From the human T2T-CHM13v2.0 reference genome, Homo sapiens, in assembly GCF_009914755.1 (NCBI RefSeq), contig NC_060926.1: a DNA stretch of 64,000 nucleotides. The stretch is one strand, 5' to 3'. Positions 1-12,213 of the stretch are shown here, one piece after another. Positions within the stretch are counted from its first letter, which is position 1; each line of letters begins with the position of its first letter. A program made the translations under genes and the position numbers. The notes beneath the pieces are model-generated. The model was not told the origin of the DNA. It saw only the letters and a list, made by a program, of their open reading frames with translations, and ran no database searches.

Positions 1-687
1 TGATAAGAGGGATTAGAATCTTCTGAATAAGCCTAGGATGTGGAGCTGGGAACACAAGACCTAGTTGATTGAGCACTCACACCCCTAAATTTGCACCCCC
101 AGACACTGAGTAAGGTAACTTTCCTGGAGAGGCAAGCTGAGGGAGCAGTGTATCATAGGGCTGAAAACAAGGGTAATGAGTGGAAATCTGGATACCAAAG
201 AGCCAGGCAGTCAGCTTCCTGCCCCACCCAGCTCTCAAGCCCTGGACTGGATATTGGCTGATTCTTCTTGAGATATAGGCAAGACACTGCTTTCTTATTA
301 ATCTCATACTAGTATTAGACTTTTAAACTATATATACATATTTATCACTAAAAAATAATAATAAATTATTAATAGCAGGAAAAAACTGATTTGAATCAGT
401 GCCCCAAGCCATAGAGATTACATATGTGGTATATAGTGAAAAATTTTAACGTGCATGTCGCTACTCAGTTATGCCAAGTGACAGCTTGTTGTTGGACTTA
501 TTCTGTTGCCTTGGAATTGGACATAGAGAGCCAAAGTGAGGCTTGAAATACTGAAAGTAACTGCATCCTAAAAAGAGCTGCAAAAAATGAAGATGAGACA
601 ACCTCTCCAGAGCTTATAAAGATGTAAACAGATACTGCTACCCCCAGCCACTATGTCCAATACCTATCTTCTTCCTCTCCAATCTCT

Positions 688-3589
688 TGATATGGTTTGG
701 ATCTATGTCCCTACCAAATCTCATGTTGACCTGTAATCCCCAGTCTTTGAGGTGGGGCCTAGTGGGAGGTGATTAGATCATGGGGGTGGACTTCTCATGA
801 ATGGTTTAGTACCATGCCTCCTTGGTAATGTATAGTGAGTGAGTTCTCACCAGATCTGGTTGTTTAAAAGTGTGTGACACCTCCTTCCACCATCTCTCTC
901 TTCCTCCTTTCCAGCCATGTGAAGCGCTGGCTCCCTCTTTGCCTTCTGCCATGATTGCAAGTTTCCCGAAGCCTCCTCGGTAGCCAAGCAGATGCCAGCA
1001 TCATGCTTCCTGTACATTCGGTGGAACTGTGAGCCAATTAAAGCTCTTTTTTAAATAAATTATCCAGTCTCAGGTATTTATGTATAGCAATGCAAGAACA
1101 AACTAATATGGAAAATTGGTACTGAGGAGTGGGGCATTATTATAATGATACCTGAAAATGTGGAAGCAGCTTTGAAACTGGATAATGGGCAGGCAGAGGT
1201 TGGAACGGTTTGGAGGGCTCAGAAGAAGACAGGAAGTTGAGGAAAAGTTTAGAACTTCCAAAAGACTTGTTGAATGGTTGTAACTAAAATGCTGATAGTG
1301 ATATGGAGAGTGAAGTTGAGGCTGAGGAGGTCTCAGATGGAAATGAGGAACTTATTGGGAACTGGAGTAAAGGTCACTTTTGCTATGCTTTAGCAAAGAG
1401 TCTAGTTGCTGTCAGGCCTCTGAGCCCAAGCTAAGCCATCATAACCCCTGTGACCTGCACGTATACATCCAGATGGCCTGAAACAACTGAAGAACCACAA
1501 AAGAAGTGAAACAGCCAGTTCCTGCCTTAACTGATGACATTCCACCATTGTGATTTGTTCCTGCCCCACCCTAACTGATCAATGGACCTTGTGACATTCC
1601 TTCTCCTGGACAATGAGTCTCAGGAGCTCCCCACCAAGCACCTTGTGACCCCCGCCCCTGCCCGCAAGAGAAAACCACCTTTAACTGTAATTTTCCACTA
1701 CCTACCCAAATCCTATAAAACTGGCCCACCCCACCTCCCTTTGCTGACTCCTTTTTCAGACTCAGTCCACCTGCACTCAGGTGATTAAAAAGCTTTATTG
1801 CTCACACAAAGCCTGTTTGGTGGTCTCTTCACATGGATGCACCTAAGAGTTGCATTATGCCCCTGCTCTAGGGATCTGTAGAACTTTAAACTTGAGAGTA
1901 ATGATTAAGGGTTTTTGGCAGAAGAAATTTTAAGCAACAAAGCATTCAGGATAGCCTGGCTACTTCTAACAACCTATGCTTATATGTGTGAACAAAGAAA
2001 TGACCTGAAACTGGAACTTATATTTAAAAGAAAAGAAGAGCATAAAAGATTGGAAAATTTGCAGCCTGGCCATGTGATAGCAAAGAAAATGCCATTTTCA
2101 AGGGAGCAGTTCAAGCAGGCTGCAGAAATTTTCATAAGTAAAAGAGGAGCCAAGTGCTAATAGACAATGGGGAGAAGGCCTTGAAGACATTTCAGAGACC
2201 TTCTAGGCAGCCCCTCCCACCACAGGCTAAGAAACCTAGGAGGAAAGTTTGGTTTAGTGGGCCAGGCCCAGGGCCCTACTGCCCTGCACAGCTTTGGGAC
2301 ACTGCTCCCTGCATCCCAGCTACTTCAGCTCCAGCTGGAGTTAAAAGGGGCCCAGGTACAGCTCGTGCCACTGCTTCAGAGGGTGAAAGCCATAGGCCTT
2401 GGCAGCTTCCACGTGGTAGTAAGCCTTTGGGCATGCAGAGTGTCATAGCTGAGGCTTGGAAGCCTAGATTTCTGAAGATGTATGAAAAAGCTTGGATGTC
2501 CAGGCCGAAGCCCTTATGGAGGACCTCTACTAGGGCAGCACAGAGGGGAAATGAGGGGTTGGAGCCCCCATACAGAGTCTCCAATGGGGCACTGCCATTT
2601 GGAGCTGTGAAAAGAGGGCCACCATCCTCCAGACCCCACAACGGGGTCTGTCACAATCTACTGACAGCTTGCCCCCTGCACCTGGACAAGCCTCAGGCAC
2701 TCAACACCAGCCCTTGCGATTAACCACAGGAGCTGAATCCTGCAAAGCCTCATGGACAGAGATGCCCAAGACCTTGGGAGCCCACCCCTTACACCAGTGT
2801 GCCCTGGATGTGAGATATGGAGTCAAGGGAGACTATTGTGGAGCTTTGAGATATAATAATGGCCCTGCTGGGTTTCAGGCTTGCATGGGGCCTGTAGCCA
2901 CTTTCTTTTGGTGAATTTCTCCCTTTTGGAATGGGAGTATTTCTTAATGCCTGTACTCCCATTATGTCTTGGGAGTAACTAACTTGTTTTTGGTTTTACA
3001 GGCTCATAGGTGGAACAGACTTGCCTTGTCTCAGATGAGACTTTTGAGTTTGGATTTTTATGTTAATGATGGAATGAGTTAAGACTTTGGGGGACTGTTG
3101 GGAAGGCATAATTGTATTTCACAATGAGAGGGACATGAGATTTTAGAGTTGGGGGGCAGAGATAGAATTATATGGTTCGGATCTGTTTCCTTACCAGATT
3201 TCATGTGTAATTGTAATCTCCAGTGTTGGAGGTGGTCCTGGTGGGAGGTGACTGGATCATGGGGTTAGAGTTCTCATGAATGGTTTGGCACCGTCCCTCC
3301 TTGGTACTGTATAGTGAGTCAGTTCTCACAAGAGCTGGTTGTCTAAAAATGTGCAGCACCTCCCCCACCCTCTCTCTCTTCCTTCTGCTCCAGCCATGTG
3401 AAGTGCTGGCTTCTCCTTCACCTTCTGTTGTGATGGTAAGTTTCATGAGGCCTCCTCAGAAGCTGAGCAGATGCCAGCACCATGCTTCCTGTACAGCCTA
3501 TATCACCATGAGCCAGTTAAACCTCTTTTCTTTATAAATTACCCAATCTCAGGTATTTCTTCATAGCAATGTGGGACCAGACTAATACA
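688..3589 (+). mobile_element. Full-length MaLR provirus (MST-type LTR - MST-int - LTR)
   Basis: Two similar LTRs (688-~1108 TGATATGGTTTGG...ACTAATA; 3168-3589 ending GACTAATACA) flank a typical MaLR internal region; 5-bp TSD TCTCT (683-687) / CCTCT (3590-3594). Confidence 0.9.
1410..1848 (+). mobile_element. Solo LTR7-family (HERV-H) LTR inserted in MST-int
   Basis: Starts TGTCAGGCCTCTGAGCCCAAGCTAAGCC; TATA CCTATAAAA at ~1712; ATTAAA at ~1784; GGTGGTCTCTTCAC near the 3' end; perfect TSD GTTGC (1405-1409, 1849-1853). Confidence 0.92.
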
Positions 3590-3739
3590 CCTCTCTAGGA
3601 GATAAACATGAGAGAACTTGAGGCCAGAGGATAAAGAAGAGAAAAGCATATGGAATCCTGGGCCTTTACCCCACCTATAGGAAATTGCATAGCTTTTGGG
3701 AGGGGATTATATCCATTCTCCCTGCAAACTAAAAGAGAG

Positions 3740-4245
3740 TGTATTAGTTTACCATTCCTGCTGTAACAACCAACCACAAAATTAGTGGCTTAAAACAATG
3801 CAAATGTATTACCTTACAGTTCTGGAGGTCAGAAGTCTAAGATGGGTCCACTGGGTTGAAATCAAGGTGTTGGCAGAGCTGCATTGCATTCTGGAGGCTC
3901 TAGGGGAATATCTATTTACTTGCCTTTTCCAGCTTCTACAAGCTGCCCACATTCCCTGGTCCATGGGCCCTTTCTTCACCTTCAGAACCTGCAACAGCCA
4001 GTCAAGTCTTTCTCACATTCCACTGCTCTGACACTAGTTACCCTGCCTCCCTCTTCCACATTTAAGGACCTTTGTGATTACACTAGGTCTGCCAGATAAT
4101 CCAGGATACTCTCCTTATTTTAAGGTCAGCTGAGTAGCAACCTTAATTCCTACTTACCACGTGATATAACATATTCAAAGGTTCTGTAGATTAGGATATG
4201 GATGTCTTTGTAAGGAGGAAGGAAAGAATTATTCTCTCTACCACA
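3740..4245 (-). mobile_element. MLT1 (C/D-like) solo LTR
   Basis: TGTATTAGTTT...ACCACAAAATTAGTGGCTTAAAACAA...TTACAGTTCTGGAGGTCAGAAGTC, the antisense MLT1 signature. Confidence 0.8.
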
Positions 4246-4267
4246 GAAAAGCTGGAAGAAACAGCTC

Positions 4268-4311
4268 TCCATTCATAAGTATCCATTCATAAATATCCAT
4301 TCATAAGTATC
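4268..4311. repeat. 14-bp tandem repeat x3 (TCCATTCATAAGTA)
   Basis: Three copies with one substitution, directly visible. Confidence 0.85.
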
Positions 4312-4506
4312 TGGAGTGCCATTCTTTATCCATTCATCAATATTTGCAGTGCCTATAGAAGGGGTAGCATCAGTTTCAAATTGGACATAAGCTTAGGCTA
4401 CTCAGACCCATTGTCTGTCCTACCAGAGGATAAGAAAATTAGAGATCAATGGCAAGCTGGAGAAAGGGAGCAGCCTGAACCTTTTCTGTGGATTAACCAG
4501 AACTGC

Positions 4507-4862
4507 TAATATGGTTTGGCTGTGTCCCGACCCAAACCTCACCTTGAATTGTAATAATCCCCACATATCAAGGGCAGGGCCAGGTGAAGATAATCGAATC
4601 ATGGGAGCAGTCTCCCCCCTACTGTTCTCGTGGTAGGGAATAAGTCTCATGAGATCTGATGGTTTTATAAATGGAGGTTCCCCTGCACAAGCCTTCTTGC
4701 CTGCTGTCATGTAAGATGTGCCTTTGCTCCTCATTCGCCTTCCACCATGATTGTGAGGCCTCCCCGGCCATGTGGAACTGTGAGTCAATTAAACCTCTTT
4801 CCTTTATAAATCAGTCAGTCTTGGGTATGTCTGTATTAGCAGTGTGAGAACAGACTAATACA
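4507..4862 (+). mobile_element. THE1 (C/D-like) solo LTR
   Basis: TAATATGGTTTGGCTGTGTCC...CAGACTAATACA; perfect TSD ACTGC (4502-4506, 4863-4867). Confidence 0.92.
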
Positions 4863-5394
4863 ACTGCAGAAGACAATTAGGCACGAAGTGTCTTTCTGCA
4901 AGCCAGAAACCCTGGGAGGTGAGGCAAGAGGCTGTGGAGTGTGACTCTGGGGATAACAGTTGGGGGTGATGATGAAAGAGGCAAAGCTAGGTCTTCTGTG
5001 CCAGGGAACTTGTGCAATAGGAAAACCTCATGGCTCGGTGCCTCCAAATTGACTCATGTGCATGCCTCTGAGAACCAGCACTTCCCCTGCTGCACCAAGG
5101 GTAACAGAAAAGGTCAAACTGGCCAGAAGAGCAATGGCCATCAACAATAGTGCAATCACATGGGCAGTTAAGGAAAATAAAGTGGTGCTCTCTTTACTTC
5201 TATCTCATTTTCCATCTCTCCAACTCCCCAGAGAAGTTAATACTAGAAAGGGTGGTACAGGTGCCTTTAGAAAGTCATCCAAATTCTATCCCTACTCAGA
5301 ACTTTTAGCCTCAAGTAAGACAAAGCTGTGTTGGTGAAGGGATAAGGAAGTATGAGATTACAATTTAAAATTGATCTGAACCAGACTTTTGAAA

Positions 5395-6830
5395 ACTTTT
5401 TACTGAAATATAATACACCTACTTTAAAAAGTACACTGAGGTGTATAGATTGCTAAATTTTCACAAACTGAACACACCAATGTGACCAACATCCAGATAA
5501 GAAGCAAAATATTACCAATCCCCAGATACTCCCTTATTCCTTTCCACTCTCAAAGCCTGCTCCCTCTAGAGTAATCAATATCATGAATTTAAACAACATA
5601 CATTAGTTTCACCTGTTTTTGTACTTTATACAAATGAAATCACATAGTATATTTTGGGTCTGACTCCTTTCGTTCAACATTATGTTGCTGAGAATCATTT
5701 TTGTGTTTTTACTTGTATTGGTAGATCATGTATTTGCACCTTTGTAAAATATTCTACTATATAACTACACTGCAATTTATCTATTCTATTGTTTATGGAC
5801 ATAAAATAGCTTCTAGTTTAGAGGTATCAAAAATAGTACTTACAGTGAATATTCTACTATGTGTACTTTGTGGAAAATATGCTTACTTTTCTGGTTGATA
5901 TGTACCCAGGAGTGGAATTTTGGGTCATATCTTCAGTTTGGACATATGTTACTGTGTTAGTCCATTTGTGTTGCTATAGAAGAATACCGGAAACTGGGTA
6001 ATTTACAAAGAAAAGAGGTTTATTTTGGCTCGAGTTTCTGCAGGCTGTATAGGAAGCATAGTGCCAGCATCTATTCCTATTGAGGACCTCAGGTAGTTTA
6101 TAATCACAGATGAAGGCCAAGGGGAGCCAGAACATCACATAGTGACAGGGGGAGCAAGAGCACAGGGAGAGGTGCCACACTCTTTTAAACAACTAAACTT
6201 TACATTAACTCACTGATTACTGCAAGAAAGTCACCAAGCCATTCATGAAGGATCTACTCCCATGACTGAAATATCTCCCAACAAGCCCCACTTTCGACAC
6301 TGAGAATCACACCCAACATGAGATTTCAAGGGGACAAGCATCCAAACTATATCAGTTATCAAATAGTTTTTTAAGGAACTGTGTGCAAGGCCTATTGTTT
6401 CACATCTTAATTTTATACTTGGTAGTTTCTGTTTCATTTGAGCTATTCTAATGGTTGGGTAATAATATCTCATAGTTTTAGTTTGTATTTTTCTGATGAC
6501 TAATGAAGTTAAACAACTTTGTATATGTTTATTGGCCATCTCAATACTTACTTTTTTGAAATATTTGTTTAATCTTTCATCTGTTTTTTTGAGTTGTCTT
6601 ACTCACATATAGGGCTTCCTTATATATTCTGGATATGAATCCATATGAATCTCAATATTCATAAGTGAATATCTTCTCTTACTTGGTAAGTTACTTTTTT
6701 ATTCCCTTTTAATGATGTCTTTTGATGAACAGAAGTTCTTAATTTTAATAGAGTCTAATTTATTAATATTTTTATGGTTATATGTTTCATGTCTCCTTTA
6801 AGAAATCTTTGGCACCTCCAAGACAATGAA
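5395..6830 (-). mobile_element. Old L1M (L1MC/ME-like) 3' fragment split by an MST LTR
   Basis: Antisense L1M 3' motifs (AAATGAAATCACATAGTAT, TGTACCCAGGAGTGGAATT, TGTTTATTGGCCATC, TCTTTTGATGAACAGAAGTTCTTAATTTTAAT). Confidence 0.7.
5953..6354 (-). mobile_element. MST-family solo LTR
   Basis: TGTGTTAGTCCATTTGTGTTGCTATA...CCAAACTATATCA. Confidence 0.85.
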
Positions 6831-7065
6831 GTTATTTGGATTAGACTTTTTATTAATTGAAAGTGACAAGAAAGCTATCAGTTCTACCTAGAAGGCTGTT
6901 TCATCTGAGTGTGGTTGAGGGTAATTGTTGGAGACAAATCAAATTTTGTCACATTTGTACCTTATCTGTTTCAGGCTGTTTGACACAGGAGCTGCACAAA
7001 GAAAATATAGCTGTTGCTTTGGTTTGGTTTGGTTTTGATTTTGAGGTAACATTCTGAGAGTCATC

Positions 7066-7220
7066 TTTTATTTTACTTTTATTCTTTTTACAACTGACAC
7101 ATAATTGTGCATATTTACAGGATACAACATATTTTAATACATGTGTAAATTGCGTAATGATAAAATCAAGGAAATTAGCATATGCATCACCTTAAACATT
7201 TATCATTTCTTTGTGATGAG
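7066..7220 (-). mobile_element. L1MA 3'-end fragment
   Basis: T-rich tail followed by GACACATAATTGTGCATATTTAC...CATTTATCATTTCTTTGTG. Confidence 0.7.
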
Positions 7221-7313
7221 GACATTCAAAATCTTTATAGCTTTCTCTGAGTTAGGGAAGAAAAAATTTACTCTTAACAAAACCTCAGTTTCTTCTGGTT
7301 TGAACAATGCCTT

Positions 7314-7676
7314 TGTATTAGTCTGTTCTCATGCTGCTAATAAAGACATACCTGAAACTGGGTAACTTATAAAGGGAAGAGGTTTAACAGACTCACAGTT
7401 CACCATAGCTGGGGAGGCCTCACAATCATAGCGGAAGGCAGAGGAGAAGCAAAGTAACATCTTACATGGTGCCAGGCAAGAGAGCATGTGCAGGGGAACT
7501 CCCCTTTATAAACCCATCAGATCTCGTGAGACTTAATCACTATCACGAGAACAGCACAAGAAAGACAGGCCCCATGATTCATTACCTCCCACCAGGTCCC
7601 TCCCATGACACATGGGGACTATGGGAGCTATAATTCAAGATGAAATTTTGGGTGGGGACACAGCCAAACCATATCA
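7314..7676 (-). mobile_element. THE1B-like solo LTR
   Basis: TGTATTAGTCTGTTCTCATGCTGC...CAGCCAAACCATATCA; perfect TSD GCCTT (7309-7313, 7677-7681). Confidence 0.92.
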
Positions 7677-8319
7677 GCCTTTCAGATAAATGTTCAGTCT
7701 TCCTTCCCACTCTTCTAAAGATGTATGAATGGGGAGCACCCTGTGTCCTTTTGTGGCAATAAAGGGTATTCTTAGGCTATTCTTTGGATACTTGCTGGAT
7801 TTCTGGCAATGGAGTTTTCCAATGTATACTGCTCACATTTCTGGAATTTGTTGCTAAGGTCTATAGACAGAGGGTTTGTGGTTTATCCTCTTTCAGTATG
7901 GCCAGGTACCATGGCATCACCTGGGGTCTGCTTGTGATGCTCAGTTGATTCCTGGCCTAGGTGCTCTCCCTGCAATCTTTGGCACAGACTCATTTTGACC
8001 CCAGCACAATGACCTATCTGAGAGGTCACTGTCCAGCATCACCAGCTGCCCTCTACAGAGCAGGCTGACACTTTTGGACACCTTCCACTGTTATCACCAA
8101 GGAATCAGGAGAAAACTCAGGAGTTTAGACTCAAAGTTTCCCTCTGAACCAGCAGGTCATACCCTTTGTTCTCCCAGTGACAATGCTGGGGAATCCTCCT
8201 AGAGACCCAAACCTGAGTCAGGACAGGTTCCTTTGGTTTCTGTCTTCCTCTCATTCTATTTAGTAACACCTTCCAATAGAAGAAGGAAGAGTTACCAGGT
8301 ACTGACAAATCATGATCCT

Positions 8320-8800
8320 TGTGGAAAATCATTAACAAAAATGGCCACGATGATTTTCTTTCATGCTTCTTTGCAATGTGACTTTGCAGTTTTTCCCACC
8401 AAGAAGGGGAGTCTCTCTCTCTCTCTCTACCCTTTGACTCTGGCTAGCATGATGATTGGCTTTAACCAACAAAATTCATCAGAAGTGATGTCATGTCTTT
8501 CTGCCTCTAGGCCTCAAAAGGTCACGTGTCCCTCAGTCTTCTCTCCCAGAATACAGTCACCACCACATGAGCAGTCCCAGGAGAGCAACCCCAGCAGGCC
8601 CAGCTGAGATCACCCTAGTCTAGCAGCCACCAGTCTATCAGGCAGCTGATCCCAGACACAGGAGCAAGCCGAGCTGAGACTAAACTACTTAGCAGCAGTA
8701 AACACAATTTGATGATCTGCAGAATCATGACCTAGATAAATGGTGCTGGTTTAAAGACAGTAAATTTTGAGGTGGCATTTCATGTAGAAAAAGCTGATTC
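8320..8800 (+). mobile_element. Old MLT1 (G/H-like) LTR
   Basis: GTGACTTTGCAG...CCCACCAAGA, TTTAACCAAC, and 3' TGGTTTAAAGACAGTAAATTTTGAGGTGG motifs; degenerate. Confidence 0.6.
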
Positions 8801-9819
8801 TTTTCTCACTGTCTCTTTCCCACACTTCGCCAGTACAAAAGGGCAAGATTTCACCTCATCTCCCTTTCTGTTACAGACTGTGCTTAAGCACATCCCCAGT
8901 CCCCATTTATCTCCTGGGAACACCAGGCCTCACGGTGCAGTCTTAATGGTGGGATAAATCTTGTCTCAACACTATGGAAGAAATTCTGTCATTCAAACAT
9001 CAGGCTTGGCTCATCATAGGTTAATGATAGCTGTACGCATTTTTAAAATAATTTTCTCTTTCTGTGAAAACTGACTTCTAAGAAACAATTTTATGATTGC
9101 AGACTCAAAAATGCCACTTTGTATGCAAGAACAGAATGGATCATCTTTCTTTTTGTAAGCTTACTTTAAAAATCCTAATCCTCTGAAGGAAATAGATGTC
9201 TCAGAAAGAATAGGTCTGGAGCAGGGGAAGGTCATACTGAAGTTAATACAAAAGGGCAAAAAACATTGAAATGTGTTTTAAAACATTATCTTCCTCACAT
9301 GTATGAACTATGTTTTCTTGGGGCAATCAGGCATGTCCTAGATTCCTCATGGATTGGAGGAGAGGATTGGGATTTTTGATCCTTTGTGTCTAAATTGGAC
9401 ATTCTCTGACTTTTTGGTACTTATGATGTAACCAGTAAGACCTTCAGTGCAAGAGTAAGTCATAGACCACCAAACATGAAACACATGAACAAGCCCTAAA
9501 AACCCTAAGATGAGTCTAGAAAACAAGGTCAGGGCTTTTCAGTACCTTATTTATTGTTTTTCATGAGTCTCTGGAAGGGAAGGAGGAGCCACGGGGAAGG
9601 AAAAGAATAGCATATTCAAAATAGATCTTTCTTTTATTTGGAGGAATGAACTACCTGGATCTGGTTTCACTAGGTTGAGGACAAGGGTTGTGCTGCAAAA
9701 AACAAACAAAAACACCAGTGCTAGGCACTGTGAGAGACCCAAGGCAAGGTACCTGTTATTAAGAAACTTTCTACCCAGTGGGGAGGTAGAATTAACCAAG
9801 ACAAAATAAGAAATGGTAG

Positions 9820-10301
9820 TGACACAGTGCAGGCAAGCCTCAAAACTGGGACTTAGTCCAGGAGGATTCTTAGCTTTACTCAGGAAAGAATTCAAGGGTG
9901 AGCCGGTGGTGTCAGTAACTTTCACTGAAGCCCCATTGCACAGTAGCAGGAAAGGTACTGCTCCTTGTGGAACAGGGCTACCTCCATAGGCAGTGTACCC
10001 AGAGTAGCAGCTCAGAGGCAGTTCTGCACTCATATTTATACCCACTTTTAATTACATGCAAATTACGGGGCAGATTACGCAGACATTTCTAGAAAAAGAG
10101 TGGTAACTTCCAGGTCATCAGGTTGTTGCCATGGAAAGGGGCAGTAACTTCTGGGCATGCCCATGGCAATGGTAAACTGACATGGAACTGGTGAGCATGT
10201 CTCATGCAGAGTTGCTTTCACCTCTTCCCTGTTGTGGCTAGTCTTCAATCTGGTCCAGAGCCCAAGCCCTACCTCCAGAGTTGAGTTTGCCTCTGACCTT
10301 A
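9820..10301 (-). mobile_element. 3' LTR (MER66-like)
   Basis: Colinear with 16149-16649 (shared CAGCTCAGAGGCAGTTCTGC..TCATATTTATACCCACTTTTAATTACATGCAAATT); adjacent TTTCCCCCT is the polypurine tract on the minus strand. Confidence 0.88.
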
Positions 10302-10624
10302 TTTCCCCCTAAAGGATTAGATACTCCTCCTCCTTAACCTTAAGAGGTGCAAAAGAGTGGCCCTGCCTAGCACTGGAGGAGCAAAACTCTCTGAACACCT
10401 GATCTAAGGGGTCCAGAATCAGGACATTTTCATTCTTTAGATCAGTAGATGGGATGGATTGGAAACTTTGTGCCAGCATTTTCTTTACATGGAACTGTTA
10501 TAATCTAGAAGACACAAACTTTACCAAGAAGTTAAACAAACAAGAGCCAAAGATTAGTAATAAGAAGGCAAATATCAGAGGACCTAGGAGAGGTAAAATC
10601 CAAATAAGAATTTGGAAGGCACTC

Positions 10625-10903
10625 TTTTTTTTCTTTTCTTTTTTTTTTTTTTTTTTTGAGATGGAATCTCACTCTATCATCCAGGTTGGGGTGCAGTGGT
10701 ACAGTCTTGGTTCACTGCAATCTCCACATCCCAGGCTCAAGCAATACTCCCACCTCAGCCTCCCGAGTAGCTGGGACCACAGGCACGTGCTACCATGCCC
10801 AGCTAAGTTTTTCATAGAAATGGGGTTTTGCCATGTTCCCCAGGTTGGTCTCAAACTCCTGAGTTCAAGCAATCCACCTGAGTTAGCCTCCAAAGTGCTG
10901 GGA
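10625..10903 (-). mobile_element. AluJ, slightly 5'-truncated, inside env
   Basis: Poly-T then Alu body with J-type GGCTCAAGCAAT.CTCCCACCTCAGCC; TSD GGAAGGCAC (10614-10622, 10905-10913). Confidence 0.88.
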
Positions 10904-11848
10904 GGGAAGGCACGTTTGATAGTCAACCAGATATTGCTGAGGTCAATGCCCTGGTTTTTTTTTATAACCAGGTAGGTTGCTCATAGTTCTTTTAACTGTT
11001 AACCTCGATCTTTCCAGAGTTGTTAATATAAGTACAGCAGGTTTTATTAATAACTGCACAGACTCCACTTTGTGTAGCTAGTAAATAATCCAATGCTAGT
11101 CTGTTATTGAGAATTACATTTGCCACACTGTCGAGGGACTCTTCAATTCCCTCTAATGCCTGATTTGTGTTTGTGGCTAAGGATTTTAGGGTTTGAGTTA
11201 AGTTTTCTTAGGGTTGACTCATGATAGGCAAAGCCACCCCAGGGTGCTACTAGTCCTATTGCTACCCCAGTTCCTGCCAGAATTAATCCAATTGTTCACT
11301 TGCTTCTGGTATTCCTGGGTCCTATGGGGTTAGACTGTGACCCCTTAAGGGGCAAGGGTAGTCAATGTAAATGCACCTCTGTTCCAAGTTCTTTATATAC
11401 AGGGAGAGCTACTCCTAAAAGAACAGGTGTCTACGTATGTAGTTGGGAGTGGTTACAGAGTATGACTTTTTCCATTCATGGCCTCAACAAAAATGAGCCC
11501 ACTTGAAGCAAAAATAGAGGCCTTACAGGGTATGATGTCTATATATCACTGCCAAGTTGGGTCTATATATTCTTTCCCTATTCCAATTGGGGTGGTAGAA
11601 CAATCTTTGTTTTCCAGAAGGGGTTGGTACTTCCACCATCTCAGATTAGGCAATTATTTTTTCCCGTTTATGTTCTGATCCAGGAGAAGGCACTATATAT
11701 GGTCTCACTTACAAGTGGAATCCCATTTACTTTGCTGCAGCCTTGGGAACTTGGCAACTAGAGTTGGATTAGAGCATCACAGAGAAACTTCCATTCTGGG
11801 TCATTAACACAACAGTGGATGCAAAAGATAGAATCATTAGTGCACTTG

Positions 11849-12213
11849 TGTATTAGTCCATTTTCATACTGCAATGAAGAAGTACTCAAGACTGGGTAAT
11901 TTAGAAAGAAAAACAGGTTTAATGGATTCACAGTTCCACATGGCTGGGGAGGCTTAACAATCATGACAGAAGGTGAAAGAGGAGCAAAGTCATGTTATAC
12001 ATGGCAGCAGGCAAAAGAGCATGCGCAGGGGAACTGCCCTTTATAAAACCATTTTATCTCGTGAGACTTACTCACTATCACCAGAACAGCATGGAAAAAA
12101 ACCTGCCGCTAGTATTCAATTACCTCCCATTGGGTCCCTCACATGACACGCAGGGATTATGGGAGCTACAATTCAAGATGAGATTTGGGTGTGGACACAG
12201 TCAAACCATATCA
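11849..12213 (-). mobile_element. THE1B-like solo LTR inside env
   Basis: TGTATTAGTCC...CAAACCATATCA; TSD ACTTG/ACTGG. Confidence 0.9.

Noticed and set aside
2154-2723. 189-aa ORF, the longest in the track
   Set aside because: Lies wholly inside MST-int, has a non-ATG start, and shows no recognisable domain.
9551-10045. 164-aa minus-strand ORF
   Set aside because: Starts in the 3' LTR and runs into flanking DNA; no homology or splice support.
10454-10975. 173-aa plus-strand ORF
   Set aside because: Read-through of antisense env and an antisense Alu (poly-F, typical Alu peptide).
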